Shown here one piece after another: positions 38,206 to 53,900 of a stretch of 64,000 nucleotides of DNA. Source of the DNA: Eledone cirrhosa (lineage: Eukaryota); the NCBI GenBank assembly GCA_964016885.1, contig OZ024742.1, positions 133,424,001-133,488,000 on the forward strand. Direction: 5' to 3'. The stretch's first letter is position 1. Each line of letters begins with the position of its first letter. Below the pieces are notes generated by a model. The model was given only the letters and a program-made list of their open reading frames with translations. It made no database searches and was not told where the DNA came from. A program made the position numbers and the translations under genes.

Positions 38206-41200
38206 CACATAGTCACTCTATCTATCTATCTCTGTCTCTCTCTTTCATTCTCACCCTGTCTATATATATGGTATTTGAATTATTGGTAGTGCTGTTATAC
38301 GGGAAGTGTTGAAATTTGAATACTTTAAAAAATTGAATCTTGAAGTAAGCAATAAAATTATTTATATTTAGTCAAAAGCTACGAAATTTAGTAGATAAAT
38401 TATGTAATATTCATTCATTATTTATTCAGCGTAATCCAACTTATTTTACTAACGATATAAGCAAATATAAACAGAACACAGCCCCGCCCTCCTATCTTTG
38501 TAAAATATAGATGAGGCTAAAAATGATGCAAACGTTGTTAGTTGTCATGGTTATATTTGCGGTGATTCTTTTCATGTTATTGCCGATGTGGATTTTGTTT
38601 TAATGTTGAATGTGTAGTACTAATATTCACACATACATTTCTCAAATATTTTACATTCTGTGTGTAAAGGGAAAACAAACAACAGGAAATGGTAAACTTA
38701 TCTGACAAAAAAGTAGAAAGCATTACCTTCCCCAAATAAAATTTGTTGCAATAATAATTTTTATGACTATTATTATCTGTATCGTTTCTGTAAATACATT
38801 GGCTTTTATATTAATGAAGGAAAATATATTTAATAACGTGTTTCCTTCCAAATTTCTGATAGTATGCAGAACATTACACAGCGAAATATATATCAGCATC
38901 GTTAACAAAACAGCCTCCCCTAATTTAATTCTTAATTGCTACAATATGTTATTTTAAAAATTGTATTTAGTTTTTAAAGGACAATTAAATCACAATAACA
39001 TCCATGAAAAACATCTAGAAATAGACCTTGTAGTAATTCAGTCTGTATCAGATTTGCTTTAAATAATATCCATACAATCTTCATACAGTTCCTCTACGTA
39101 TATATTTGTGAATTAGTATTTAATGAGACCCTATGGACAAGAAAATATATTGATTGCAATTAATAAAGAATACAAGATTGCCATGATATAATTTCTAGTT
39201 GTACGATAATTTTCACTCATTTTTTAATAATTAAATGATTGAAAACAATGTGTAACATAACATATTGTCTAATGCTGATAATATGAAATTTTCAAAATGA
39301 TTTGAATGCATCAAGATAACATACCTTTCCTCTAATACGTTTTAGTACCCTTACAAGTGATCAGTAACAATGTAAAACAAAAGAGAGAAAGAATGAATTA
39401 TTTCCCTTCGTGTTTTGACGAACTCCCCTGTAAGTAAACAACCTAGTTCTCAAATCTAAAATATAAACTAAAATGCAACTTAATGTTAGGAGTGAAACTC
39501 ATTTTTCAATCATTCTAATAATACTGTAAAAGACAAGGGAGGTAGTTTCTCTCTTCGCTTGCGTTAAGACTGTTTGGTACAATTCATATAATTAAAATAT
39601 AAACAGCAACAATAAAACGTAGTAGTAAATAGATTATATCAATTAAACAGTTGAATTTTATACCGAAAACACAAAATGTTTTCTACCGTACCCACTATTC
39701 GATTGTTTCAAAAACAATAACGAATCTTTTCCATGCAATCATTATATTAGGATAGGAAGAACATTTAAATTCTGTTATATTTTTGATATTCAATATAGGG
39801 TTTCAATATTGCTTTATACATATCTGCCAGTAAGATTTTAATGACGTAGCGTAGAAAATACTCCTACATGTATCAGCACTCACAACCTTTATTTTTATTA
39901 GCATGATTACACATATAATCATTTCCTCCGATTAACATATTTATATGTTCATTTTAGTAATTTGACATGGAGGACATCTGGAGTGTAATTCCGCCGTCTT
40001 TCGATGCAATGAGTTATATATATACATTTATAATATTAGCTATATGCTTGAATATTTATGATTCACGATTATCTCAAATATAAATCTAATATGTGAAGTA
40101 TCAGCAGAATAAGATAAGTGTAGAACTTAAGCAATATAAATAATTTAAAATAAGTAATATGTGACGTTTATATAGAAATGTTATTTAATATTTATCGCAT
40201 GTTAACATAATGTACTTGATGGGATGGCGTATAGATTAGTCCTGTTCTGTATTTTCTACATTAAGATACCAGTTGCGTACCAATTAAATAAACATTGGAG
40301 CTTAGTATAAAACACACTGTATCCACACACAGCATATTTTATACTACATAGATGCAAGAGACAAGCAATCGAAAATAGCTTGCAATCAAAATATCTATCC
40401 CTTAAATATGTAAATAGGAAACCATATACATCTCTCGCGGAACTAATTTGGAAAGGTACGGAAAAAAAACGTAGAGTACTCATAATTCGATTCGATATAT
40501 AAGGCAAATGATATATTATGGAGAACGTCATAAAACAAAGACGACATTAATTAAGAGAGAAAAATGTGAATTATTTGCCAACTGTGCATATTATTTTAAC
40601 AAAATATGCATGAAATTGTTAAAATTATGATAGACATTATTTAAATTACAAGAAAACGTCGAATATACTTTTTAATTGTTATATCTGTAACACGTAGAAA
40701 TAGACTTCAAAATAGCAATGAAGATAATAGCAATATGATTTCATATAACAAAACAGAGCACGTATCGATCCCACCCGTAATCACTTAGAATATACCACAC
40801 ATACCTCACTAAACCCACAGACGGGTACACCGAAACACGTAATGCAATTGACCATTGCGACATATGTTTTTCAATGCATAAAGGTTTGGAACTTTATCAA
40901 CAAAATTGATACAAATATCATAAATTCATTACATGTTTCTGCCGGTTTTCCACGCATATACCACAAGGAGCAATTGCAACAGCTTTCCTTATAGTAGATG
41001 CATGAAAGGTGACAAATTTCGTTAAACTGTCCTAATTGATAGCATTAAGACCCTAAATAGAATTTCACTAAAAATAAGCTAAACAACTATTCAAGTACAT
41101 CTGATGTCGGAATATAAAAGGAAACCTATCGCTGATATAGTTTACCAGAAACCAATTAAAATAAATGCAAAGCTTAAAGCGTCGAAGGATGTTAAGAAAG

Positions 41201-41276
41201 CGTAATTCATTTCAAACGAATCTGTCTATGCTTTACGTCTACTACTCTGCTCGTAACTAATAACGAGAATAAGTAT

Positions 41277-41322
41277 TCTGATTCTGACGATGGAGCTCTG
41301 AAAATTCCGAAACGTTAACAGA
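41277..41322 (+). ncRNA. Minimal hammerhead ribozyme candidate
   Basis: tctg(a)tt CTGACGA t ggag..ttcc GAAAC GTT aacaga; palindrome aacgtt. Confidence 0.5.
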
Positions 41323-41600
41323 TACATGGATTTGGCAATGCTGCTAAAATGCTTAATAAACTAATAAGGAAGTTAGACAAATACGGAATAGAACAGGATT
41401 AAAATTTAGCACAGTCGTCTGTTGAATATAACATCGTATATATGCATAAATATTTATATATAGGTGACTGTATATGTACTTCACTGGTATACATAGCTAT
41501 AGAGAAATAGATAAACGAATGGTGTATCACTAGGGATTTTTATGGTGAGATTAGGAAGCACGGTCATTATATATACATAAACATTATATGCATAGATACG

Positions 41601-41610
41601 TATGTGTGTT

Positions 41611-41681
<71 letters not shown>

Positions 41682-41732
41682 ATATATACATGTTTATGTA
41701 TATAAACGGATAAATTCACACACACACACATT

Positions 41733-41774
<42 letters not shown>

Positions 41775-41826
41775 TATATACATACACATACACACACACA
41801 CACGCACACACACACGCACAGACACG

Positions 41827-41868
<42 letters not shown>

Positions 41869-41889
41869 AGTGTGTGTGTGTGTGTGTGT
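41601..41889. repeat. Compound TA/CA/GT microsatellite
   Basis: Direct reading. Confidence 0.95.
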
Positions 41890-42590
41890 CTATGTATTAT
41901 GCTTATGTTCGTTCTAGTATATGTCTATAAAATTACTGACACATTTTTTATCAGAAGCTAAATACAAAAATAGAAAAAATAATACAAATAATCCATCTCA
42001 CGGAATCAGTACGCATATTTAATCAGGTTGCATCTACTACATTGATTAGATTATTGAATACCCCTGTCGTTCTCTGGAGCCAAAATTCCTCGTAAAATCC
42101 ATGGTTTAGAGATAAAAGAATGACTTGAAAAAAATAGGCAGAACAGAACAATAATAAAACCAGGAGAAATGTAGATCTTTTAATATGCGAAACAGACAAA
42201 ACAAAAGCATACATTTTGATGTAAGAAATTAAAATATTTTTATTAAGTTCCAGACAACATATAATCCAATATTGATAATTTCATTTGCCGGATGTCGAAT
42301 CATGTATCATGGAGCAAACACTTGGCAAAGTAAGAATCACATTTCGATTCTTTGCTAGAGTTTCTGTATTTCCATATTTTTATTCGTAACTTCATTCAGA
42401 TACTTTACCGAAAACATGAAGATTACTAACAATTATTTCTTGATAAAATAAGGATAAATTCTCCGTAGTCAAATGAAACTAACTGCTATGTTCATAATTT
42501 TAATGAACAGACGGCAATACAATTGATAGTGAGAACCGTATTTAGAATAGCGATTCCAAATGTGCAGAGCCATAGTATAATTTGAGATAC

Positions 42591-42710
42591 ATACAATGGG
42601 GGCTTCAAAAAGTTAGTGGAAAAAGGACAGTTGGAAAAGACGGTTTAAGTTATGATGTTTATTTTCCAACATATGCTCCATCTAGTCCAATACACTTCTG
42701 TAAGCGAATC
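42591..42710. mobile_element. Probable mariner-like terminal remnant
   Basis: gggggcttcaaaaagtt and tttattttccaacata..atacacttc resemble mariner ends. Confidence 0.4.
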
Positions 42711-42749
42711 CAAACTACGCGTGGCAATAGCTCTTTGACATAGCTCGAA

Positions 42750-42948
42750 AAGTCAGCAATGCAAGGACACTGGACGAGCGCGTCACTCTATGAGCCTTAC
42801 TAGTAACTCCAGCTGACAGCACTTCCGTGCCTGTAAAGTTTATTACAACCCGGTAAGGCTCCCCGGTAGTACTACCAAGAGAGGGATTTCTACAAATTAT
42901 CCAGAGAACCCGGCTCGAAAGTACTCCTGAACAGATCGGTCAGTTTTT
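42750..42948 (-). mobile_element. Degenerate Tx1 ORF2 fragment
   Basis: Similar to 17972-18190 (aagtcagcaat, ggacactggacgag, gtgcctgta.agtttat, cccggtag). Confidence 0.8.
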
Positions 42949-43049
42949 CTTCTTCTTCTTCTTCTTCTTCTTCTTCTTCTTCTTCTTCTTCTTCTTCTTC
43001 TTCTTCTTCTTCTTCTTCTTCTTCTTCTTCTTCTTCTTCTTCTTCTTCT
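42948..43049. repeat. (TTC)n microsatellite
   Basis: About 33 units. Confidence 0.97.
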
Positions 43050-43129
43050 AGCTTTTCTTGATGTCAATGTTTTAGATTTTGATCAAATTCCCTCTATTGT
43101 TGTTTTTTATGTATTGGGGTTTAACAGCT

Positions 43130-44400
43130 TAATTTTCTTAATGACTCACTGTCTTTGATTCCATCAGCAACCAAACAATTTCAATTATCTTCTAAAAATT
43201 ATGGTTGTTTCCAGAAGTAGAGTCTTTTGCATCAAGTCAGCATACATTTCAACACCAATCTTTAAAATCCAATAAAGCATCCTCTTTATTACGACACTAA
43301 TAATTCCAGTAACTTCTGAAACTGCCTCCTTATTAATGAATTTCCAGACTCGCTTGATTTAATGATTTAGAGCCTGATAGATTACATCATTTTCATCTTC
43401 ACATCTGTTACTTTTTCATATCCTATTACCGATGTCTAGCAAGAGACAATATATTCTCTCCATGTCTATCAGCATCAGATCTGGTCTTCCTGCTGAGATA
43501 TTCTCATCACATTGTATTTTGTTGTCCCATATAGCTTCACACTCAGCCTTAGCTGTGTGTGCTCTTACCATTTTGGATATCTCCAGTCTAATGTTTCCCC
43601 ATTGTTCCAATTATACAATTCGCGCTACATTATCGTGTCTCCTTCGGTATCAATACTATAACTATATGGTTCCTCGTTCCTCGTGTTACTCCACAAAAAC
43701 TTTACAATGGAAACTCTCCTGCATAGTCAATATTAAAGTTCACATAGTTAGTTCTCAACGACAGCTCTGTCCCAGAACTTCAAGCTCATTTCTTCATCCA
43801 GGCCCATTTTAGTTCTTTGTCTATCCTATCATCATGGTGATATGTTTCCATGATTCTAAAAGAATTGCCATGATACCCTTTTCTTTCCACATTCTTGTCT
43901 TGTACTTCTTAATGCACTCTTTTAATTCCAATTTACTTTGACACTTTCTGAGTCTATTGTATCAGCTTATCTCCACCAGTCAAGAACGTCTCGTCTCTGT
44001 TTTTAATATACCAATAAATTCTATTTTCCTCGTTTCGTAAGCTGTCCTCGCGTGGAAAAATCTCCATTTCTCCATTGTTTCTTGTTGTATAATTCGTATA
44101 TACGTCATTATTGCCAGTTTCTTTATGGATTTCGTGCCTAATTCTGTAATCTCATTTTTTGTCCACCTCAGTATTTCTGCTCCATATTTCATGACTGCAA
44201 ATGCCCGTGTATTTATGGCATAAATTGTATTGTTCCAATTTAATTTTGGGTATAGGTTTAGCCCTTCCTCCCTGCAAATGATTCTTTCAATCTCCTGTAT
44301 CTTATCCATTTCCAAAAACCCGAGTTATGACTTTCAACAACTGTTCATCAGGAAGTTGTACGCCATCTCTTGTCATCGTCCTTAGCTCACTTCATTACAA
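43130..44400 (-). mobile_element. Old R4/Dong-clade fragment
   Basis: KLNWNNTIYAINTRA, WDNKIQCD..RPDLMLID, MQKTLLLET. Confidence 0.8.
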
Positions 44401-46562
44401 TCTATGATGCCAAATACTATGAATTTATGGTTGGTCGACCAAAGTCCTCCCACTCGTTCAATTGTGTGTTCGACCGAAATGAGGTGGGGCTGTTTGTATT
44501 GCTAATGTTGTGGATGACTCTTCTATATGAACACTTTCATTATAACAGTTGTAATTACTTTCGATGATTCCTAACATCTGACAAGTTATTCATTAGTAAC
44601 AGAACTTTGGGACACGTGTTATAATTGCATGTGCTCTTCTTTCGTTTGGTTTTTTTTAATATGTATTACAGCTCATAGGTTTCTTTCTACCAAACGCGTA
44701 ACATTCTTCTTCAAACACGACTAAGATCATGACTGGTGTGTCCCTGTGGTCATATTTGGTTCATGAAATCGTGCATTTCAATTTATATTGCACCCGCCCA
44801 TATTTTATTTCAAATGACCTCATTACTCAGCATCTGGTCATCATCTGACTTCAATTTTATGATTTTTTTATTTAAATGTAATTGACACAATTACTGACAC
44901 ATGTGTTTGCATTCCGGTGTAGTACTTAGAGGTTCCCCGGCCCGTTTTTTCACGGATACCTTTCTAACAATTCACCTTTTGGTGTAAAGTTGTTACAGAA
45001 GGTGGAGAGAAATATTGTAGCTGATACTGGGTCGTTGGTAGAAGAGAGATTAAGCTATTGTCTCTTTACTCTTCAACCAATAATGTAGTCAAGAGGAATA
45101 TGTTCATTTACAAACACAACCAATTCGAATTCATTTATTCCTAGAAATTAATAGGAATTTTTTGTGACAGAAATATGACTAGAAAACACAAGCCAATATA
45201 TCCTGTTTCATCTGATCCCTTATGTGTTAATGATGTTTGTGTTTCTGAGATTCCGTTATCGCTTCTATCCACTATGTAGGGAAATATTTATTCATGCGTG
45301 TTTGTGATGAAGCAAGACTGCTTTTCAATATTGCATTGCAATTGTGGGCTTTTGAAATGTTCACATTTCCCTGAGTTATGTGTGTGAATGGTTCTTTGAC
45401 TGCATCTGATATGAATTTACCAGGGAAAAAACAAAATCAAACAAATCAATCATTTTAGTGGATTTAAACTCCAATTTGTTCAGTAAAGCTTGCTTTCATT
45501 TGCTGAAATAAAGAGAAAAAATATACAGAACAGACAATTAAATCCATCCTCATCGAACATGTATATAGAACAAAATATGTTTGGAGTTGTCAGGAGCATC
45601 TTTTATCTTAATTTGGATTGATCAATACAAGACCAATAACAACTTTCATCAATAAATATTTACACCCGGCATTGCTTCAGCAAAATTTCTTACAGAGTCT
45701 CCCTTCTGTTGATTCTATTATTTCATCAGTCTTGTATCAGCATTATCTCAGAAGTTTTGAAACTCATCAGTACATTATTTATGCACAGCAAGAAATTATA
45801 AAATATAAAATTATGCACAGCTGAAAATTATCAAGTTCAAAATGAGGTTCTAGGCCTTTATCTAAGCAAATAATGAAGGAATTACCATAGCCGGTTAAAA
45901 CCGAGTAACTCTAGTTACGCAGTTATACAAGTCACAGATTACGGAACACGTGGATTCCTCCTGTAGCTAGTAACTAAATCATCGTTCGTACCAACCAAAT
46001 ATGATGGTACACAATAACTACAATAATATAGTGTAAATGCAATAATTACTAAAGAATACATCGTAATACATGCCGACAAAATAAAACATGAACTATATAA
46101 TATTTCCTGATTTAGGGAAATGGCCAGCAATCATACAGGAAAGTGAAATTCGATTTAATCACTCCAATATTTGACTGATAAGTCAGCTAGAAATAAACGT
46201 TGCTATTTAAAGCCGTCTGGTATCATTTTATTGTACAGTAGATCATGTAATCAAGTAATTATTTCGGTTTCCCAACCACTTTAATCTGACGGGAGGTAAC
46301 CAAGCAAGATGAAATGAGCTTATACTACAGAATAGCATAAACATTGACATCGATCACTTGTCGGATTTGTTGCCATGATCCATTTTGCTGGTCCGCAGAG
46401 AAGCATTGGCGTGCAGCATCTGCAAAAATTCCTTACATGAAATCCTCAATTAATATTTTGTCATAGATGGAATGTATATAATGCGGTTCACGACAATATA
46501 TTTATTTAAGCCAGCCGAGAAAATACTTTAGTGATGATAATCACTTTCCACCTCCTCCTTCA

Positions 46563-46614
<52 letters not shown>

Positions 46615-47724
46615 TTGGAGCTCTGAAATAGCAATATATATATGGATGTATATATAATGTATTTTGCAATACACTTTATGCTTAAAGTGTATTGCAAAAT
46701 ACATTATATATACATCCATATATATATATATATACACACACGAAGTGTGCCAGAAGAGAAAGAGGGCTGGCGTTGCAAGAACTGCTTCAAATCAAAACTA
46801 CAAACTCGAACTTTTTCGTTTCGAAATAATCCTCCTCGACTCGAAATCACATTTCCATTGATTTTAAAGTATGCCAAATACGAACCCCTTCTAAATGCTT
46901 CCACTTCGGACTAAACCAAAGCTGGCACACTTTAAAATCAACACCCTTTAGCAATGTATCCCTCTCCATGATTCCAGCAACCTCTGACAACTATATAATG
47001 CAGACCAAGCAACCACATAGTAACATCCACATCAGCAAGTCCCGGAGGACTTCCACAAAGATAAGCGAATAAATGGAAACATCCAGGTATCAAACTAAAT
47101 GCTTTACATTCCCCTGAATCTGGAGGTTTCTACTGAAGATAGAATGGGTATTCTAGTGGCACTGTACCCCTCTTTGTTACAAAATGTTCTCCATTCCCCT
47201 AAATCTAAAATTCCTGCTCGGGATGGAATTAATATTTTAATAACTCTGAATCTTTTTAGTGGCAAAAGAGCAAGGTCGAAGTTGATGATTTCTTTTAAGA
47301 AAAAATACCAACATAGATATTTTTAGAAGCACCCCCCCCCCCTTGTTCAACTCTGAGGTCACCCAGACTTTCAAACCAATCACAGCCAAACCACTATTCA
47401 AAGTGTCCAACACAGCAGTCTGGAACCACAACAACCATCCCTGCCTCCTCCCCCTCCTGCTTCTACCCTCTCCAGTCACAACCAACCCATTAGCAGAGAA
47501 AGATGGACAGACAAGTTCACTTCCTCCTCTGATGGGACATGTATGTGAAACTTAATTTGTCCGTCCTACTATTTATATATATATATATATATATATAAAT
47601 GTAATCTGAGTTTTTCGAATATTAATAATAACATTCGATTCGTTTGCAAATATGCAAACAAACCTCATTTTTAAAGCCATGTCAGTAGAATGTATATATA
47701 TATATATAAAATCTAAAGTGTGTC

Positions 47725-47935
47725 TTAAGCCAGAAGGGTCATTTGGCCAGTCCTTATGCCGGTTTCATGGCACAAGAATTCTCACTGGACAGTACGCCAA
47801 TCTGTCACAGAATTAAACCCTGAGCTATTGCTGGTACTCATTTTCACCTGAGTATGCTGGAGGAACGTGAAATGAAGTGTTTTGCTCAAGAACTCAAATC
47901 AAACCGACGACATTATGATCGTAAGTCCAAGGCCA
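47725..47935. mobile_element. Probable second SINE family remnant
   Basis: gctggtactcatttt..gtgaaatgaagtgttttgctcaaga; recognised by pattern only. Confidence 0.45.
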
Positions 47936-47952
47936 TGTGTCTCCACACACAT

Positions 47953-48029
<77 letters not shown>

Positions 48030-49399
48030 GAGAGAGAGAGAGATAAATAAATAGATTGATATACTCTAAGTATTGTTATATGTGCACATTCAGCAGTTAT
48101 TTTAACGAACATGTATGTGACATTCCTAGCCAACTAGAAGCATGCTTAATATGGTTTAAAAGAAATAACATAAAATACATATTTCTCGGTTTATTAAACG
48201 ATTCTCTCAATATGAATGAATTTTCTAAACCGTACTACAAAGAATGGATGCTGTTAAATATACGATAGCCTGAATTGTGCGAAACATTTTTGATTAAAAT
48301 CACACAAATTTAAGTGTCTATTGGAAGAATGTGATATTCCGGAAAATCAGTAAATGGATGTTCGATTTTACTCACGTACATATGCATGTTAAAATGCTGC
48401 AATCATATTTAAAATGCTGCAATCATATTTAACGATTCCATGATTTGAGAGTTATATAATTGATATAATAATGGAGAATTTCATTTGTCGTACATGGGTA
48501 TATGTAATTTCAAGTCTTTAGATAATTACTTCCGCGATATTTTTGCAGAACATATTAAGAAATCAAGTTGATTAATAAGGTGCAATCAATTTAAACAGTT
48601 TCCCTTAGAATACAACATTTATAAATATATATTTCAATGAAATGATACATATGTTTCGTTTTTGAAGAATTAATATATTCTATTTCAGTACTTACCTGAT
48701 ATGTTGTCGAAATGGTTTAATCAACATCAGCTTTAATTTAATTAAATCTCAAGCCACAAATGTTACAAATTCAAGGATGAATTTTAAAATTCATTTTAAA
48801 ACTACATCGCTCCATTCATGAAATAAACAATTGGTGAGTGAATGGTTAGATAAGTGACTAAGGGCAACCGCTCAAGGAAGAACAACATCTGCTTTCTTGA
48901 CACAAGTAGTTAAAAGATAGCAAAGGTTACCATGCTTTACCTATATAAGGAAATCACGAATCCGTATAGCAAATAGACATAAAATGCACAGAAATGTATG
49001 TATAGGGAATGTCAGAAAAATATCTAGAAAAAACTAAGGCGAAAGTAATTGATACGCAAACACATAAATTATATTAACATATAAGTAAAATGCAAACAAA
49101 CTTACACAGTTGTATGTAGACCTTGATATTGCACCCATTATCATCTATCATATAACATTCCCACTAGACACCAATAATAAAAGCGTTGCTGACATTCACA
49201 TTTCTATATATTATCGAAGGAACGCAAGAACGGTAACGAAATAGGGAAACAAGGCAGCATTTATTCGAAAGAAATCTAACGAAAATTGTAAATTACATAT
49301 CACTGTAAGGCTTCTGACATGTTATATGTGAGAAATGAGGAGATAGGCTAACACAAAAAAAAAAATAAATAAAGATGTTTCATTATCCTGGAGCATTAT

Positions 49400-49437
<38 letters not shown>

Positions 49438-49694
49438 TAAAAGAAAATCATACATGCGAAGGATACACATGCATGTACAACAATAAGTATGTACGAAAAT
49501 ATGTTTGCATGTGTGAGAACGTGACTACTAGATTGCGTAACTAAATACACAAGCAACTACATTATGCATAGCGCATACCACATTTTCAGTAAGCATCAAT
49601 ATACAAAGAACGAAAACTCCGATTTGAACGCGTATACATTGTATATATTAAACTATATGCATTTACGTACACATATATGAAATTATATACGGGA

Positions 49695-50038
<344 letters not shown>

Positions 50039-50944
50039 GAAAATATTCGCATACTTCATCTTAATAACAAATCTGGAAATCAGCAATGAACCATATAACA
50101 GTAGGAGGAACATTTCAGAAAACATCATAAGACATGCCATAAATAAAGATTATTGAACATTTCTGATATATGAATAAAGAAATTCCTTATTGATCATTAT
50201 ACTAAATTGTTTTGTTCCTTTTTGATTTTGATTTGTATTTTTTTTTCAATTCTTTTTTACACATTATGCGGCTTAGATATTGGCTACCATTATTCTAGTT
50301 ATAGAATATAGCCATTCAATCAATATTTGTGTTTCATAGACATTAAAATTGATTGGATTTATCTGAATGTGAGCTTCTCGTCCAAGTCATGTTCGTTAAA
50401 ACAAATGCATCATTCTCAATCCAAATATTGAAGGAAACCAGTATCTGTGACCTTATATAACAGTATCTGATTCTAGACGGAACTTTTTGTTCAACGCAGC
50501 AAAGTGTGACCACCAACTAATCGAATTTGATCACTTTTAGTTTTCAGGATTATTTTTTCTGTCTCCCTGTGTAACATTCAATTTCCCTGATAGAGTAATC
50601 AGCTAAGGCTTTTTTGTTCAATATACTTCCATGTAATATATGTTCTGAGTTCAAAACCATTTAAATTCCTCAAATGAGGATCAACACCTGAAAAATGTAA
50701 GAATGAGAAACGACAACTAGAATAGTGGGATTTTGTGAGTAAAATGATTCCCTGATATACTCAACTGCTTATTATATTAGTTTATCATGTTCCTAGTCAT
50801 TCCGCGCTTTCCGTTGCACGCAACAGCTGGAGTCACAATACCAGTAAAAAATATATTGGTGATATGGATTTCACATATTTTCCACAACGTATAAAAAAAA
50901 AAACTCGCATGTGCCTAAACTACAAATTTTCTATAATAATTATT

Positions 50945-53900
50945 ATTTTGTTTCTCGTTTTCGAAGAACGCATTGATATCGGCCCTAAAAGGTTTGTTGT
51001 TTTTAAGTTGTTTTGAATTGCGTGTTGTGAATTTTTTTATTTATTTTTAACTGTTGATATCTTCATATATATTCCGCACTAAAAAGGACACTCTGTAACA
51101 TATGGGCCTTCGGCTGAAATATTTGAAGAATGATCATGAAAAAAAAACTTTGTCAAAAATGTAAGCCAGCTGTCACGTGACAGCTGCTCTAACGTTGTCA
51201 CAGATACCATCACCACCATTATGAACGGTGCTACCATTACCAATACTACAGGCAACAACAAAAATAACCAAAGTTTATCCCGTGCAGCAACTGCTAAAAA
51301 ATAGATTTTACACGTTTGAAAATATTTACCTATGTGAACGCCGCCATCCCTGCCACCACAAAACCGACAAACATATACAACATCATTAACATTAACACCA
51401 ACACAACAACAACTGAAACAAAACAGTAAATTAAAACCAACACTGACAACCGCGAGAACACAAAAAATAAGAACATGGACTTCAATAAGGTTAACAAGAA
51501 CAACAAGAACAATCTGAATAACAATCACATCACCAACAATGCAACAATAAATATAACAGAAGCAAACACTAACAATAAAAGTGACGCCGACAGAACGACG
51601 ACGCAAATGGCAACAGCAATAACACGAACAACAATAACGACAACAACTGCAACAATAAGAATAAAAAATACAATAGCAACAGCAGCGGAAACCTCTTTGT
51701 TGTGAGAGCTGCAAACAAAAATAAAAGGTCACGGTGACCCGCGAGAAAATGGAATACAGACGGTTATGTATGGTATCCTCCCATACAATTAGCGTAAAGA
51801 CACGCCGGATGGAGCGCCTCTCGCAGTCCCAGCTACAAAATGCTTTGGATGCCATGTGGTCTCAAATAACCCCCATGGAAAGGTGGAAATGTTTTTTGAC
51901 ACACACAGGAAGCCATATAACTCTCCATAAGGCCACTAAAGAGCGATGAACTCACTCTGGTACCAAGCTACTTTGGCCAAGGACTCGTAAGAGTGCGGGT
52001 TACCCAAGTTCCGTCTGAAATAGCCATTCCCTGGCAGATGGCTGCCGACCTCGTCGACATGGAGGATGATACCAGAATCCTGGAAATAATGAAAATCAAA
52101 CAGAAGTATTCCGGTTCAGGAATGGAGCTCCTGTCAGTCAAAATGTCGAACAAATCCTGGATGACGTAGACATCGATGACGGCAGCCACCTCACCATGAC
52201 CGTCGAGTGTAGGAGGCGATGATGTCACGTGTGGGGGGGGGGGGGGGGGGCACAACCTACATAAAGGCCTTCTGACGTCAGGAATTGTCCAACAATAAAA
52301 GGCCACATCTGCTTTCACAATTTGCCTTACTATCTCGACCAACAACAACAGCAGCAGCAACGACACCAAAAACGGTAGCAAGAACACCACCACCGTCCAC
52401 CACTCCAGAAGCCACACTAATACCACCACCATACACCAAGCCAAAATTAACACCAACGCCTGTGGAGGACATTCCACTCACCAACCTCGCACAACTGGAG
52501 ACGGAATATGAGAAAGTGGTGTGGTGGCAACCGTCAAAACCAGAAGAAAATGAAATAATCCTCTACATTTGCCTCCAAAAAGAGGGTGAAACAAACAAAC
52601 ATACAAAAAAGTAAATTAATAAAACACCATCTCCACCACACACACCATCCTCACCTGCTCAACTGCCAGAAAAAATAACACCATCAAACATCATCAACCC
52701 CAACGCCAATACCATTAACACCACAACAAGCCAAACAGAAACGTGCACAACCACAACAAATACCAACATAAAAAAACGATAAAACTGCAACACATTAGAT
52801 GGCTTTAAACATGAGCCACAAACAATTACTCCACTACATCCAGTGCAACACAAGCATCGCAGTGAAAAACTATACAAAACCCCAAATATTCACACGTTCC
52901 ACATACATAATAATAACACGCATCTCACAAAAGACACTCGTTTGAAAGTAAAATTCACCTATGACATTCAACAGACAGAAAGACGCAGGAACCGGATAGG
53001 GGTAAGTGTTCTTTCCAAACGTTTCTTACACTTGTTTCAGCATCACATTACTCAGAATAAGTGACATAAATGCGCGTGGCCTGGCGTTGTCAGAGAAGCA
53101 AGGTCACTTGCTCAACGACCTCAGGTCAATGTACATATATCAAATGGCCATCAATTAGAGCAGAAGTTCTGAGCCACTAGCCTTCACGCCCATTTTTGGT
53201 GGTTACGAGTTGTACGCATATCCTAACCCTGCGGGATCTGGAGGCAACGTGGCTGTATTTTTTCGGAAAGGAATGGATCTCGAGAAACCGAACATTAACC
53301 TGGACAAAGAAGGTAAGTCGATGGTGCTGAAAGTGACCAGAAGCGAAGGCTATTCTTTCAGGCTCTCGACACGAGGGGACATAAGCCATTGGGTGGTCCC
53401 GAATCGTGGATGCGCGCCGTGGCAACAGAACCACAATCTGATCTTTGGAGGACCACTACGGGTGCATGTTTCTTGTTCTTGTGCAAATATGTGAGTCTTT
53501 TCAGCGGCACTTTGCTCAGCTGGGATGGATCGCGAGATGGCATTTAGTGCCTTCCTCAGTGGTTATCCGTAACTCTTGAGCACTAAAGCGGATTGTTTCG
53601 AAAAGACGATAACAGGCGCAGACTTCTGGTACGCAGTGAATAGCTGCACGATGGTTTAATCACCTGGTTTTAATTGGCAGTTGTATGAGCTTTATGTACA
53701 CATACCAGACTTGTTCAACGACCTCTTGGTGGACGTCTATGATATCCCAGAACTATGAGCTGAGAAGCGGTGACGTGGCTGAGAAAGGACCAGAGAAATC
53801 GAGACAACATCGATAATTTCAGGCCCATAATTCTTCTGAACGCACAGTTTAAGATTCTGTCCAAGTTTGTAGTGACGTGATTGGCGCTTGTCATCGGGAG

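Noticed and set aside
40256-40531. ORF with SIACLLHLCSI, resembling GPCR TM3
   Set aside because: No DRY or other GPCR motifs and no supportable exon structure; the same applies to 42023-42214 and 45939-46130.
46738-47560. Possible mariner end and possible LINE ORF1 remnant
   Set aside because: Similarity too weak to call by eye.
48388-48432. 20-bp tandem duplication
   Set aside because: Ordinary slippage; only two units, not an array.
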